A DNA stretch of 64,000 bases from Nitrospirota bacterium (GTDB lineage Bacteria; Nitrospirota; JACRHJ01): positions 96,001 to 160,000 of the forward strand of contig CAVTDB010000003.1 in the NCBI GenBank assembly GCA_963733375.1, in the 5' to 3' direction. Shown here in pieces: positions 22,840-34,819 of the stretch. The stretch's first letter is position 1. Each line of letters opens with the position of its first letter. The notes beneath the pieces were generated by a model, which was given only the letters and a program-made list of their open reading frames with translations, had not been told where the DNA came from and ran no database searches. The position numbers were made by a program, and so were the translations under genes.

Positions 22840-25800
22840 TTAATCGGCAGCGAAAGTCACCAATATCGTATGAGGCGTGGTTACATTAATGAACGTATAG
22901 GAAGTTGTCGTGGTCACAGGGCTTCCGTCCACCGTGAGTGTATCTACGTGATATCCGGCTTTGGGGATGATGGTGTAAGTCTGGTCCGCACCGCTGGTCA
23001 CCGCTCTCACGCCGGGAGGAGAAATGTTGCCGTTTGCGCCCGCTGTGGCCGTGATCGTCGGGATAAACGCCGCGGCTATAGTGTGGTCAGCCTGCACATT
23101 CGAGAATGTGTAGCCGGTCAGCGCCCCTTTGGAAGTCCCGTCGACCGTCGTGCTGCCCATCGCATAGCCGCTCGCTGGTGCAATGGCAAAGGTCTGGCTG
23201 GTGCCCTGCACCACTGCGGTGGTCCCAGGCGTTATGCTGCCGTTTGCGCCCTGGGTAACCGTTATGGTAATCGTCGAATTCTGCGCGAAGGTCACCGATA
23301 TCGTATGAGGCGTGGTTACATTAATGAACGTATAGGAAGTTGCCGTGGTCACAGGGCTTCCGTCCACCGTGAGTGTATCTACGTGATATCCGGCTTTGGG
23401 GATGATGGTGTAAGTCTGGTCCACGCCGCTGGTCACTGCTCTCACGCCGGGAGGAGAAATGTTGCCGTTTGCGCCCGCTGTGGCCGTGATCGTCGGGATA
23501 AACGCTGCGGCTATAGTGTGGTCAGCCTGCACATTCGAGAACGTGTAGCCGGTCAGCGCCCCTTTGGAAGTCCCGTCGACCGTCGTGCTGCCGACCGCAT
23601 AGCCGCTCGCTGGTGCAATGGCAAAGGTCTGGCTGGTGCCCTGCACCACTGCGGTGGTCCCAGGCGTTATGCTCCCGTTTGCGCCCTGGGTAACCGTTAT
23701 GGTAATCGTCGAATTCTGCGCGAAGGTCACCAATATCGTATGAGGCGTGGTTACATTAATGAACGTATAGGAAGTTGCCGTGGTCACAGGGCTTCCGTCC
23801 ACCGTGAGTGTATCTACGTGATATCCGGCTTTGGGGATGATGGTGTAAGTCTGATCCGCACCGCTGGTCACTGCTCTCACGCCGGGAGGAGAAATGTTGC
23901 CGTTTGCGCCCGCTGTGGCCGTGATCGTCGGGATAAACGCCGCGGCTATAGTGTGGTCAGCCTGCACATTCGAGAATGTGTAGCTGGTCAGCGCCCCTTT
24001 GGAAGTCCCGTCGACCGTCGTGCTGCCCATCGCATAGCCGCTCGCTGGTGCAATGGCAAAGGTCTGGCTGGTGCCCTGCACCACTGCGGTGGTCCCAGGC
24101 GTTATGCTCCCGTTTGCGCCCTGGGTAACCGTTATGGTAATCGTCGAATTCTGCGCGAAGGTCACCGATATCGTATGGGGCGTGGTTACATTAATGAACG
24201 TATAGGAAGTTGCCGTGGTCACAGGGCTTCCGTCCACCGTGAGTGTATCTACGTGATATCCGGCTTTGGGGATGATAGTGTAAGTCTGGTCCACGCCGCT
24301 GGTCACCCCTCTCACGCCGGGAGGAGAAATGTTGCCGTTTGCGCCCGCTGTGGCCGTGATCGTCGGGATAAACGTCGCGGCTAACGTGTGGGCCGTCTGT
24401 ACATTCGAGAATGTGTAGCTGGTCACTGCCCCTATCGAGGTCCCGTCGACTGTCGTGCTGCCCATCGCATAGCCGCTCGCTGGTGCAATGGCAAAGGTCT
24501 GGCTGGCGCCCTGCACCACATCGATTGTACCAGGCGTTATGCTGCCGCCAGTACCGGCTGATGCGGTTATTGTCAACATCGATGTCGCTATAGTCATCGT
24601 GCCGATCGCGCTGCCTTGGTAATTGGCGTCGTTTATCGTGCCTACTACCGTATAGGTCCCGACCGCGGTCGGAGCTGTTGATGTGCCGTTATAGGTAAAG
24701 CTTACCGAGAGGCCCACAGGGCTGGTGGTAGCGCTTGCGCTCTTCGCGGTGCCATCGCAGGTTTGGCTCAGGCCGCAGAGCGTTACCGTGGCCGTACACT
24801 GGGCTATCGTCATAGTGCCCAAGGCGCTTCCCTGGTAGTTGGTGTCGTTGATCGTGCCCACTACCGCGTAGGTCCCGGCCGCAGTCGGGGCTGTCGATGA
24901 GCCGTTATAAGTGTACGTGACTGCGAGGCCCACAGGGTTGGTGGTAACCGTGGCGCTCTTCGCAGTCCCGTCGTAGCTATGGCTCAGGCCGCCGAGCGTT
25001 ACCGAGGCCGTCGCCTTGGCAATAGTCATCGGGCCGGTCGCGCTGCCCTGGTAGTTGGTATCGTTTATCGTGCCCACTACCGTATAGGTCCCGGCCGCAG
25101 TCGGAGCGGTCGATGAGCCGTTATATGTGTACGTGACTGCAAGGCCGTTCGGAGTCGTGGACACCGTGGCCGGCTTCGCAGTTCCGTCATAGGTTTGGCT
25201 CAGGCCGCTTAAGGTTACGGTAGCCGCAGCCTGCAGCACGTTTATCGTCACGTCCTTGGACGCAGTGTTGTAGTCGGTGGTGTCCGTCGGGGTAAAGGCC
25301 GCTTGCAGGGTCTGGCCGCTGCCCGCATTCAAGACCGCCCCGGCAGCCGGAGTGTAGGCAAATGAGCCGCCAACCGGGGTGCTGGCGTTCAGCTCGAGTC
25401 GCGCCCAGTGCCGTGCCGTAGGTGATGTCGGCGGGGCTGTTCCAGGTAATGACTGGAGTCGCCTTCGCTATAGTCAGCGTGCCCGAAGCGGTACCTGTAT
25501 AATTCGTATCGTTGACAGTGACGGCTACAGCATAGCTCCCGGCAGCAGTCGGAGCGGTCGATGAGCCGTTATAAGTGTACGTGACTGCAAGGCCACCCAC
25601 AGGGCTGGTGGTGGCCGTGGCGTTCTTAGCGGCGCCGTCGTAGCTCTGGCTCAGGCCGCCGAGCGTTACCGTCGCCGGCGCCTGGGAAACGTTTATCGTC
25701 ACGTCCTTGGACGCAGTGTTGTAGTCGGTGGTGTCCGTCGGGGTAAAGGCCGCTTGCAGGGTCTGGCCGCTGCCCGCATTCAAGACCGCCCCGGCAGCCG

Positions 25801-28800
25801 GAGTGTAGGCAAATGAGCCGGCCACCGGGGTGCTGGCGTTCAGCTGAGTCGCGCCCAGCGCAGTGCCGTAAGTGATGTCGGCGGGGCTGTTCCAGGTAAT
25901 GACTGGAGTCGCCTTCGCTATAGTCAGCGTGCCCGAAGCGCTACCTGTATAATTCGTATCGTTGACAGTGACGGCTACAGCATAGCTGCCGGCAGCAGTC
26001 GGAGCGGTCGATGAACTGTTATAAGTGACGGTGACCGAAAGGCCGTTCGGAGTCGTGGACACCGTGGCCGGCTTCGCAGTTCCGTCATAGGTCTGGCTCA
26101 GGCCGCCGAGCGTTACCGTCGCCGGCGCCTGGGAAACGTTTATCGTCACGTCCTTGGACGCAGTGTTGTAGTCGGTGGTGTCCGTCGGAGTGAAGGCCGC
26201 GTGCAGGTCCTGGCCGCTGCCCGCATTCAAGACCGCCCCGGCAGCCGGAGTGTAGGCAAATGAGCCGCCAATCGGGGTGCTGGCGTTCAGCTGAGTCGCG
26301 CCCAGCGCAGTGCCGTAAGTGATGTCGGCGGGGCTGTTCCAGGTAATGACTGGAGTCGCCTTCGCTATAGTCAGCGTGCCCGAAGCGGTACCTGTATAAT
26401 TCGTATCGTTGACAGTGACGGCTACAGCATAGCTCCCGGCAGCAGTCGGAGCGGTCGATGAACTGTTATAAGTGACGGTGACCGAAAGGCCGTTCGGAGT
26501 CGTGGACACCGTGGCCGGCTTCGCAGTTCCGTCATAGGTCTGGCTCAGGCCGCTTAAGGTTACGGTAGCCGCAGCCTTCAGCACGTTTATCGCTACGTCC
26601 TTTGTCGCGCCGTTGTAGTCAGTGGTGTCCGTCGGGGTAAATACCGCGTGCAGGGTTTGGCCGTTGCCCGCATTAAGGACGCCACCCGCCGGAGTGTAGG
26701 CAAATGAGCCGGCCACCGGGGTGCTGGCGTTCAGCTGAGTCGCGCCCAGTGCCGTGCCGTAGGTGATGTCGGCGGGGCTGTTCCAGGTAATGACTGGAGT
26801 CGCCTTCGCTATAGTCAGCGTGCCCGAAGCGGTACCTGTATAATTCGTATCGTTGACAGTGACGGCTACAGCATAGCTCCCGGCAGCAGTCGGAGCGGTC
26901 GATGAACTGTTATAAGTGACGGTGACCGAAAGGCCGTTCGGAGTCGTGGACACCGTGGCCGGCTTCGCAGTTCCGTCATAGGTCTGGCTCAGGCCGCTTA
27001 AGGTTACGGTAGCCGCAGCCTTCAGCACGTTTATCGCTACGTCCTTTGTCGCGCCGTTGTAGTCAGTGGTGTCCGTCGGGGTAAATACCGCGTGCAGGGT
27101 CTGGCCGTTGCCCGCATTCAGGACCGATCCGGCAGCCGGAGTGTAAGTCAGCGTGCCAGGCACCGACGCTGTCGCGTTAAGCTGAGTCGTGCTCAATGCC
27201 GTGCCGGACACAATGTCGGCGGGGTTGCTCCAGGTGATCGTCGGAGTCGCCTTGGTGATCGTCAGGTTCGCCCCGACGTAGGTCAGGGTGTAGTTGCTAC
27301 TCAGCGCGAGCGTGCCCTGCTGTATAGCATGCGTCCCTACTGACTCGCCTGACGCTCGGGTCAGACTTCCGGTGAAGCTGTCGCCGTTCACGAGCGAGCC
27401 GCTGGTAATGGAGTAGGTGAGCGCCGGGTCCGAGTCGCCGTACGTCTTGCTCTTGGCGTCCGCGGTGACGCTAACAAGCCGCTTGGCGATAGTTAGCGTG
27501 CCGGTATCGTTTGTGCTGCCAGCGCTTACAGTGAAACTATCATTTGTGACAGCCGATGCTGCACTTGTGGTCGTTACTGTAAGCGTCGATGTTTTGTTGG
27601 AAGAGTCCACCGTTGCCGGGCTGAAGACCCCGGTGGCTCCGGAAGGCAGTCCTGAGATGGTCAAGGTGGGACCGGTACCGCTACTGTACCCCGACGTGCT
27701 GATGGCGTAAGTTACGGATCCGCCTGTCCCGTACGTAAGCGTGCCTGTTTGATTACCGACCGAAACCGAAGTAACGTGATACGTTGCCGCCACATAAGGC
27801 CCGACGTACGGGCCGCCGCCGGGCGCGCCGGCAGGCTCTATCTCGTCGGAACCTGTATTCAAAACGGCATTAGCCATGTTGATACGGCCGTTGCCAGTTT
27901 CGTCCGTGGAGTTGCCCGCAAGGTCGGCGGAAGCCGCCATCCTCGACACCACCACCCCGTTTGAGATGGTAGCATCGTATGCCCGCAGGTAGCCCGCCAC
28001 ACCCGCGGCTATGGCCGCCGAGGCCGACGTGCCGCTAACTGCGGCATAGGCATTATAATCAAGGCTGGTTGTGACAATGCCGACGCCCGGGGCCGCAAGG
28101 AAGACGTCCTTCCCGTAATTGCTGAAGGAGGCAAGCGCGTCAGAGGAATCTGTCGCGGAAACGCCGATGACGCCCCTGTCGCCCGCCGGATACGTCGGGT
28201 CCGAAATCGCATCATTACCGGTGGCGGCCACAAGGACGACGTTCTTCGACCAGGCATAATCTATGGCGTCCTGGAGGTTCTGACTGAAGCCTGGGTTGCT
28301 GAAACCCATGAGGATAACGTTGGCCCCGTGGTCCACCGCATACAGGATACCCGCTATGATATCGGCGTCCTTGCCGGTGCCGTCCGCGCCCAAGACCGTA
28401 ACGGGCATTATGCTGACGCCTGAAAAACAAACGCCGGTGATACCGATATTATTGGATACGCCCGCTACTATGCCCGCAAGCGACGTGCCATGTCCATTGG
28501 GATCGGTCGTGCCGCCGGAACCGTCTATTATAGACGTCCCCGGGACTATATTGCCGGCAAGGTCCGGGTGAGAGGCGTCCACGCCCGTATCGAGTATTGC
28601 GACCGTAGAGTGATAAAAAGGGAGAGACACACCATAAACGGAGTCCCAGCCGATCCTGGGGAGATACCACTGGCCTTCGTAATAAGGGTCCGGCGGAGTG
28701 AGTGTTTCGACCTTGCGCGTCTGATTTACCTCGACGCTTTCTACCTGCTGGTCGGATTGATAATTGAGGGTTACGGTGGCCAACTGGTCAGCCGTAACTT

Positions 28801-29026
28801 CTATGACATGCAGTCTCAGCGCCGGGATCGATGAGGTTTCCACGCCGCCGTCGCGTGCTACTATAGCCCCCACATCGACATATGAAAGCCCGGCAACCGT
28901 TTTTACTATTAAAGAGGTTTTCGGGGGGTCTGGAGGATCGGCGGCCCATCCGGCAGGAAGATAAGATAGAAAGAACAAAATGGATAATAACGGCAGTACT
29001 ACAATTAGCCTCTTGAACAGGCCCAT
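22840..29026 (-). CDS. ~2060-aa secreted S8 subtilase with MBG/Ig-like and divergent InlB-like repeats; frameshift near 25390
   Basis: Signal peptide; catalytic ILDTGVD, HGTSLAG, SGTSASA; VTADAKSKTYGDSDP MBG repeats; ITATAGANGNISP repeats. Confidence 0.88.
22860..24560 (-). repeat. ~4 near-identical 435-bp tandem coding repeats
   Basis: tg(a/g)ggcgtggttacattaatg recurs at 22871, 23306, 23741, 24176. Confidence 0.92.
25200..27260 (-). repeat. ~4.5 near-identical 444-450-bp tandem coding repeats
   Basis: gtaatgactggagtcgccttcgc recurs at about 25446, 25896, 26343, 26787. Confidence 0.9.
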
Positions 29027-29345
29027 AACCCCTCCTTTTACACGCGCTACGGTTATAAATTCAGGATGAAGAGGACTTATGGCTCTACCAAATCGGAACT
29101 GCTATTGGGAAAAACTGGAGTTTTTCACATAACTACTATTAGCTAATCTCATTTCCGTGAAATGTCAATGACCCAAACGTATTAGTTTATGTGGAAGTGC
29201 TTGAATTTGCATTAAAAATAATTAAATTATTTTAATTAACCAGCCTGCTTTGGGGTTAATAGGCGTCACTTGACAAAGTGTTCATCAATTCTGGATTAAG
29301 TACATACGAGAATTGCCCGTTTGTTTGGAAGAAGCCGAAAAAAAC

Positions 29346-29434
29346 TGCTACAATTCCGCTACAATTGTAATTTTTGACAAAAAAAGGACCTACGGAAATC
29401 CGTAAGTCCTTGATTTTAATGGTAGGCGATGGGG
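29346..29434 (-). mobile_element. Second att-site remnant (direct repeat of 22541-22593) with arm-like GCTACAATT repeats
   Basis: AAAAAAGGACCTACGG..CGTAAGTCCTTGATTT.AATGGTAGGCGATG shared with 22541; GCTACAATT x2 upstream. Confidence 0.72.
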
Positions 29435-29623
29435 GGCCTCTAAGTGGGCTGCTGGTTTGGGAGATCGGCTATCCCACTGGAATACATATGCTTTAATTTC
29501 CTTCCGATATTTACAATGTTTCCATACAGTATGAACACTGCTTTGTATTCCCGGCAAATCATATAAGTAAAAGAGGGGGCTTTTGGCCCCTCCTTTGCGG
29601 ATGATTGCTTCATAATTTTTTTC

Positions 29624-29830
29624 CTAAATAGCACCTCCCTTCGCTAAATAGGATTTCAATTGCGCTGAAGTAATCCCATTTTTTGTTCTGGGATTTATAT
29701 AGTGAATTAAGCCAGCTTGTGGCGAATCAATAAGCGCGCCTTTTCTTAAATATCCCCATTCGGATTTGGGGTACTCCGCGGAGTATTTGTTGGTATCCAA
29801 CGAGCACACCACAATTCCTTCGGCCACAGA
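29624..29830 (-). pseudogene. Probable 5'-truncated small hypothetical protein
   Basis: GIVVCSLDTNKYSAEYPKSEWGYL...SPQAGLIHY looks protein-like, but there is no clear RBS or start. Confidence 0.35.
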
Positions 29831-30003
29831 AGCAGTTCTCAGCATACGATAAAGACTCGGAATTCAAGGAACTCCTTATTGTTCACAATGGTGAGCCGGT
29901 AGCAGTTCAGCACACCCTTTTTCTCTTGTAAGGAAAAAGGGAGCCTTCTAAACGACTCCTCTGTAGGTTTTGTTATGGTCTTGAACCAGCGAGTCGTGTA
30001 AGC

Positions 30004-31735
30004 TCAGGAAGCAAAGAGCTTTCTGTCTGTGTACTTAACGTCGTCCTCATTGAAGTAGGGCTTAGCCCAGGCTGATGTCTTCTTGAGCACAAACGGTTTT
30101 GTATTGCCTTCCTTGTCAGTCGTCTTTGCCCGGAAGTGGAAGTGGTCCACGAGCCTCACGGCCTCTATCGCAAAGACCGTGGCGATGTCCTCGTCCTTTA
30201 TGCAGATCAGGTTGTCTCCGTTAGACATTTCCCCGCCGAGCGCGAGGTTGGACGAGCCGAAATATACACAGTTGTCAGGGGTGTTGAAGTCCATTACGAC
30301 GAACTTGTGGTGTATGTTGTGCGCCTTCACGCTTTCTTCCTTGTCGAAGGGTGGCGGCAATGCGCCAGCAAGACTCTTCGCGTTTACCAGTATGCCTCTC
30401 CTGGATCCCGGCTTGTAAAGCGAAACGGCCTTCGTGGAGTCAGTAACGCCGTAGGAGAACACGTCCTCCCTGTTTTGTATCTCCCTCAGCGCCGGATACA
30501 CGGAACCCCCGGTATTCTCCGCCAGCGACATGATCGAAAAAAGCACCGACTTTGTCTTCGGACTCCCGATCCTTTCAGAAATGCCGTCAAGAATGCTTGT
30601 TGCGAAATCCTTGTTATGAGGCGCGAAAGTGATCGAAGTGGAACCGCCGTTGAATTCAAAACACTCGGTCGCGCATTCGCACTCGCTGAAGTTCTTCATG
30701 TTCTCCCAAGAAGCCTCGAAGACTTTCCCGTAACACACGGCGACATCCTTGTCTTTGAAGACGGCCACGTGGTTCGCGTTCACACAGAGGCCCGTGACGG
30801 AGAAGTTTGTGGAGCCGGTGAGTACCTTTGCCGCATTGCCGCCCTTCTTGACTATTATGACTTTATCATGCGCAAACCTTTTGAACTTTCCACGCATTAT
30901 TTTGGAGTCGCTGGTCCCGGCGGCTTTCTCGAACCTCTTCTCGAAATCGGTCTCGGGCGAGTCGTCCGTCCCGTGTCCAGTTTTTTCGCCGTCTTCCGTG
31001 GAAGTTGAATTGTCCAGGATCATGCGTATCCTGCCCTGGCTGGCAAGTTTCAGGCACAGGTCCGCAATGACAGGCTCGTTGAAGTCGTAAGCGAACATGT
31101 CCACTTTGAGGGATTTGTCGGCCAGCACCTCGTTTAATATGTCCAGGATTTCTTTACGCGCAGTGAAACCAAGCCAAGTATATACATCTTCATAGGTAAA
31201 GTCATTCCCGTCGTTAGAGCAAAAGTGTTCGGACGTATCGAATAACCATCCATCACCTTCCTTGATGAAGGCGTCATTCTGGCCGAACCAGGCTGAGCTA
31301 GGCCTGCGACGTCAGAAATGACCGAGTGAAGGCGAGTTCAACGTTCTTCGAAGCGAACCTGTCAACGAGGATCTCGGCGGTGGCGGTCAATGAACTATCC
31401 AGGTCTTCAAGCTTCCCGCTTTCTTCGTCCCAATAGCGCGGCGTGACGTAGTATTTATAATTGCCGTATTCCGGATTGTTGAGCTTTTGATGAAAATCGC
31501 CCGGTACATGTATCCAACGGAACTTCTGGAATGGAGATTCGTTGGAGTGTTTTTCTTCCTTGGTGCCATCGAAGTTGACGCGGTTCATCAGGAAATACCG
31601 GCTTCCGGATGGTGTGCCTATCTCGATAGAGAAACCCACGAAATTATCCTTCATGAGCACGCCATCGATATCGAAGGCGAGCAGCGTCATGGCATCCCCT
31701 CTGTATGCTTTCACCGATACTCTGTTATCAGGCAT
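30004..31735 (-). CDS. Phospholipase D-superfamily protein (two HxK motifs), one +1 frameshift near 31298
   Basis: AHDKVIIVK..TGSTNFS and IHHKFVVMDF..GSSNL; VKAYRGDAMTLLAFD N-terminus; removing one G rejoins the frames (SQAYSAWFGQ). Confidence 0.85.
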
Positions 31736-31834
31736 AACGAGACTCCTTTTAGAAACTTAAGAATGGCAATGAGAGCCCGCCCGGTGGAAACCATAAAAAG
31801 CTCACATCAAAACAGGCAGGCCGGTTTAATAGTT

Positions 31835-32869
31835 TTATTGCGAGCCATTCGAAAATTCATAAAACGGGTCTATGAATTCCTGAGACCCGTAGAACTCTTT
31901 CGAAGCGGCGGTGCAACCGCCTTTGCATTTATCTTTAAGGGGATGTTCACACTCGATGCATTTTTGCGGCACGGCGCTCCAGAACTGCCTGCATTTCTTT
32001 CCAACCACCAACTCCTTGAAGCTTTTTTCCCTCAGGTCCCCCAGGACCAGCGAAGAGTGGTTGCACGGCCTTAACATGCCGTCGCAGCCTATCGTGTAAT
32101 AGGAGTCAGTTCCTCCTCTGGGGCACCACCCGAAAGTTAGGTCTGGATATTTTGTCAAGTCCAGTACACAAGGCGGAATTGGAACGGAACTGAACACCGG
32201 CATGCCGTATTGTCTTACAGCCTCCTGCGTAAGACTAAGACTTTCCTCAAGCATCTGAACTGGCGGCATCAATTCCCTTGCACGGGACTTCATGCCGCTG
32301 CTGAGGTTGACACGATTGTACATGAAGCCTATCGCGCCAACCCCGAGGGCGAGTTCGTATACATTCATAATATCGAGAGCGTTGTATCTTGTTGCTACGA
32401 ATACCGTCGTCAGGTAGGAACCGTGCCGATTGATACGAGAAACGTTCCTTACGACTTTGTCGAACACCTTTGCGCCAGCCAGTCTGTCGTGAAGGTTTGC
32501 ATTGTGCCCCAGGAGCGTGACTTCGAACATTATTCCCGATGGCAGTTTGGCAAGCAGTGAATCTGTTAGCAAAGCACCATTGGTAATGACCGTTGGTTGA
32601 ATGCCGTCATCAACAAGGTCTCCAAGTATCTGGGGTAGATCTTTTCTTAGCAACGGCTCCCCCCCTGAAAGTACAACATATCGTAATGGCACGGATTCTT
32701 TCACCCTGTTTATGAGGATACGTATTTCCTCTCTCGACAGCGTTCCAGAGTCTGTACCGCTAACGACTCTGCCTTCCTTGCGCCAATAATTGTAGCAATG
32801 CAGGCAGGCGTTGTTGCACTTCGGGGTCAGCTCAATACTTATAAAACGAGGCTCACCGCTTTTTTGCAC
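31835..32869 (-). CDS. Radical SAM/SPASM protein (PqqE-like maturase)
   Basis: ELTPKCNNACLHCY; SGGEPLLR; CPRG..RPC..CIEC..CKGGC SPASM. Confidence 0.9.
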   Translation of the reverse strand: MQKSGEPRFISIELTPKCNNACLHCYNYWRKEGRVVSGTDSGTLSREEIRILINRVKESVPLRYVVLSGGEPLLRKDLPQILGDLVDDGIQPTVITNGALLTDSLLAKLPSGIMFEVTLLGHNANLHDRLAGAKVFDKVVRNVSRINRHGSYLTTVFVATRYNALDIMNVYELALGVGAIGFMYNRVNLSSGMKSRARELMPPVQMLEESLSLTQEAVRQYGMPVFSSVPIPPCVLDLTKYPDLTFGWCPRGGTDSYYTIGCDGMLRPCNHSSLVLGDLREKSFKELVVGKKCRQFWSAVPQKCIECEHPLKDKCKGGCTAASKEFYGSQEFIDPFYEFSNGSQ

Positions 32870-32871
32870 AT

Positions 32872-33283
32872 CTATCCTTTAATCTCTTTGATCATCTGTC
32901 TGCCCAGGGCAGCGGGAATCTTAGCGTCTTTGACAAGCTTCTTCACCGCATCCATCCTAACGCCACGGTCAATTTCAGGAATTTGACCCTGAGCCACTAT
33001 ATAGCAAGTGACGTGGTAACAACGGAACTTCGGGAGGTTAAATATAACGGCGACTATGACGGCCTGCTCATCGACTAACACCTTGGCTTCCGTAGTTTTC
33101 GCAAGCATCTTTTCAAGCGGCTCAGGAGAGGATATTCAGGTTAGCCTTCAACTCGCTCTTTTTCCCATCTACCGCGACATAAACCTTGTTACCTGTTATC
33201 AATATCTTGCCCACTTTCGCTTTGGTACCATACTTCTTTTCGAGTTCTTCCACACTCATTTCGGCCAGTTTCACTTCCGGCAT
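32872..33283 (-). CDS. ~136-aa hypothetical protein with CYHVTCY motif, frameshift near 33125
   Basis: RBS GGAGG + ATG 33283 (MPEVKLAEMSVEELEKKYG...) joins the 32872..33108 ORF; 2 nt from the next rSAM start. Confidence 0.65.
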
Positions 33284-33343
33284 GTCTTCCTCCTTTGAAA
33301 GGCGTTAACGGTCTTCTTGCTGGAATGGGCTACTACCTGATAT

Positions 33344-34397
33344 TTATGTAAAGTCGCATCTTGGTCGATTTGGATAGCTGCAATAGCGGCTCTCAAAAAG
33401 GGAACCACTGTTGAAATAGCTTGAACCCCTGCAACCTCCCCGGCATATGTGGCCTTTGTCACATCCGGCGCAGGCTCCGGCAAGCATGCTCACATCGAAA
33501 TTCCGGTTGTAAGCAAAGTTCCCATCCTTTGTCCATATCTCTTCGAAGGACTCATGGCGCAGGTTACCTTCGATGAATTTTTCAGAATAGATCGACTCGC
33601 ATCCTTTGACATTTCCGACGCTGTCGATGCCGACCACCCGTATCCCCGCTTTGCAGCCGTTCCAGGCTGAGATGGTACCAGGTAGACTACGGATGTAAAA
33701 CTCATTCTTGTCGAAGTAGCCAATATCGTCACCTGCATATATTCGCATTAGGCCCCTCCGACGTTTTTCTCGGATAAAATCGGTGATTTCTCCAACCCTC
33801 TCTGGAGCGAGGAGAATATCCTTTGCGCCCAGCCATGTTGCCCATGCCCGTGACTATCTGAAGCTGCCAGATTTCCACTCGGTTATCAACAAGTAGGTCA
33901 TATAGCTCGTCAAGATCTTCGGCGTTAAAGTCAACGAGGCTCGTTACGATGGCCATCGGTATATTTTCGCGGTTCAGTCTATTGAAGGCGGCAAGGACTT
34001 TTTGAAAAGAACCTTTCTTTCTTCTCATCCGATCATGGTTCTTTTCCATCCCATCAAGAGAAATACCTACATTGTTCAGTCCCGCCTCCCTTATCGAGGC
34101 TACCTCTTCGTCACCAAATAAAAACGCATTTGTGATGATGTTGGTTTTCGCTCCTCCATTTGACATCCTCCTTGCCACCTTTTCCCATCCCTTGTAGAGG
34201 AAAATTTCACCGCCTATGAAGGTGATCTGTCGGCAGCCTAAGCGAAGGAGATCATCTACTATGGGCAGACACTCCTCTACAGTCAGTTCGTTAGGCCGTG
34301 CCTTCGCGGCGGACGAACCGCAATGGAGACACTTCATGTTGCATTGAAGTGTCATTTCCCAGACGGCATTTTCCGGCACATATTCGGTTAAATTCAC
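33344..34397 (-). CDS. Radical SAM/SPASM peptide maturase, PlpX/splicease-like; frameshift near 33820
   Basis: AVWEMTLQCNMKCLHCGS; IGGE; WQLQIVTGMGN; GDDIGY; WNGCKAG..GIDSVGNVKGC; CAGC..ICRGGC. Confidence 0.8.
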
Positions 34398-34416
34398 CGT
34401 TCTGCCTCCATTCGAT

Positions 34417-34454
34417 AAGCCGCGCGGCGGGGCCGCTGCCCGCGCCGCAGGCTT
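34417..34454 (-). other. GC-rich intercistronic stem-loop between precursor and maturase
   Basis: AAGCCTGCGGCGCGGG...CCCCGCCGCGCGGCTT, no U-tract. Confidence 0.5.
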
Positions 34455-34464
34455 AGATTTTCCT

Positions 34465-34749
34465 TTATACGCGGACCATGTACATTGCACGTATTACGTC
34501 CTGGTGAAGTTCAATGAAATCACAATCTACTCCTGCTTCATCCTTTATTTCTCGCATCTGCCAGCCGGTTAAATACATCCGTTTATACTTGTCATGGGTC
34601 GGAATACCGTATCGCAAAACCGGGTGCGGCGTCGTAGGAACATCGAGTTCATAAGTATTGCATTCGACGCCAAGAAAATCCTTGATCATCTGCTTTTGCC
34701 AGTCCTCAAGATAAAGGATTATTTTCTTCGCACCATCCACTGTCGGCAT
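34465..34749 (-). CDS. 94-aa putative RiPP precursor with two internal leader/core modules
   Basis: Strong RBS AAGGAGGT; repeats YLxxWQxxxIKDxxGVxCxxxEL ending in LRYGIP and AMYMV. Confidence 0.75.
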   Translation of the reverse strand: MPTVDGAKKIILYLEDWQKQMIKDFLGVECNTYELDVPTTPHPVLRYGIPTHDKYKRMYLTGWQMREIKDEAGVDCDFIELHQDVIRAMYMVRV

Positions 34750-34819
34750 GATCAACCTCCTTTTAAAATGTTTTGAGACATTACGTCAAATTCAGCCGAG
34801 GCAAAATTACCCGGCAGGC

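Noticed and set aside
22870-24384. 504-aa Arg-rich repetitive plus-strand ORF
   Set aside because: Antisense shadow of the 435-bp repeats.
30136-31008. 290-aa plus-strand ORF
   Set aside because: Antisense shadow of the PLD gene.
31298-31300. TAG readthrough or recoding in the PLD gene
   Set aside because: The downstream part is in a different frame; a single extra base explains it.
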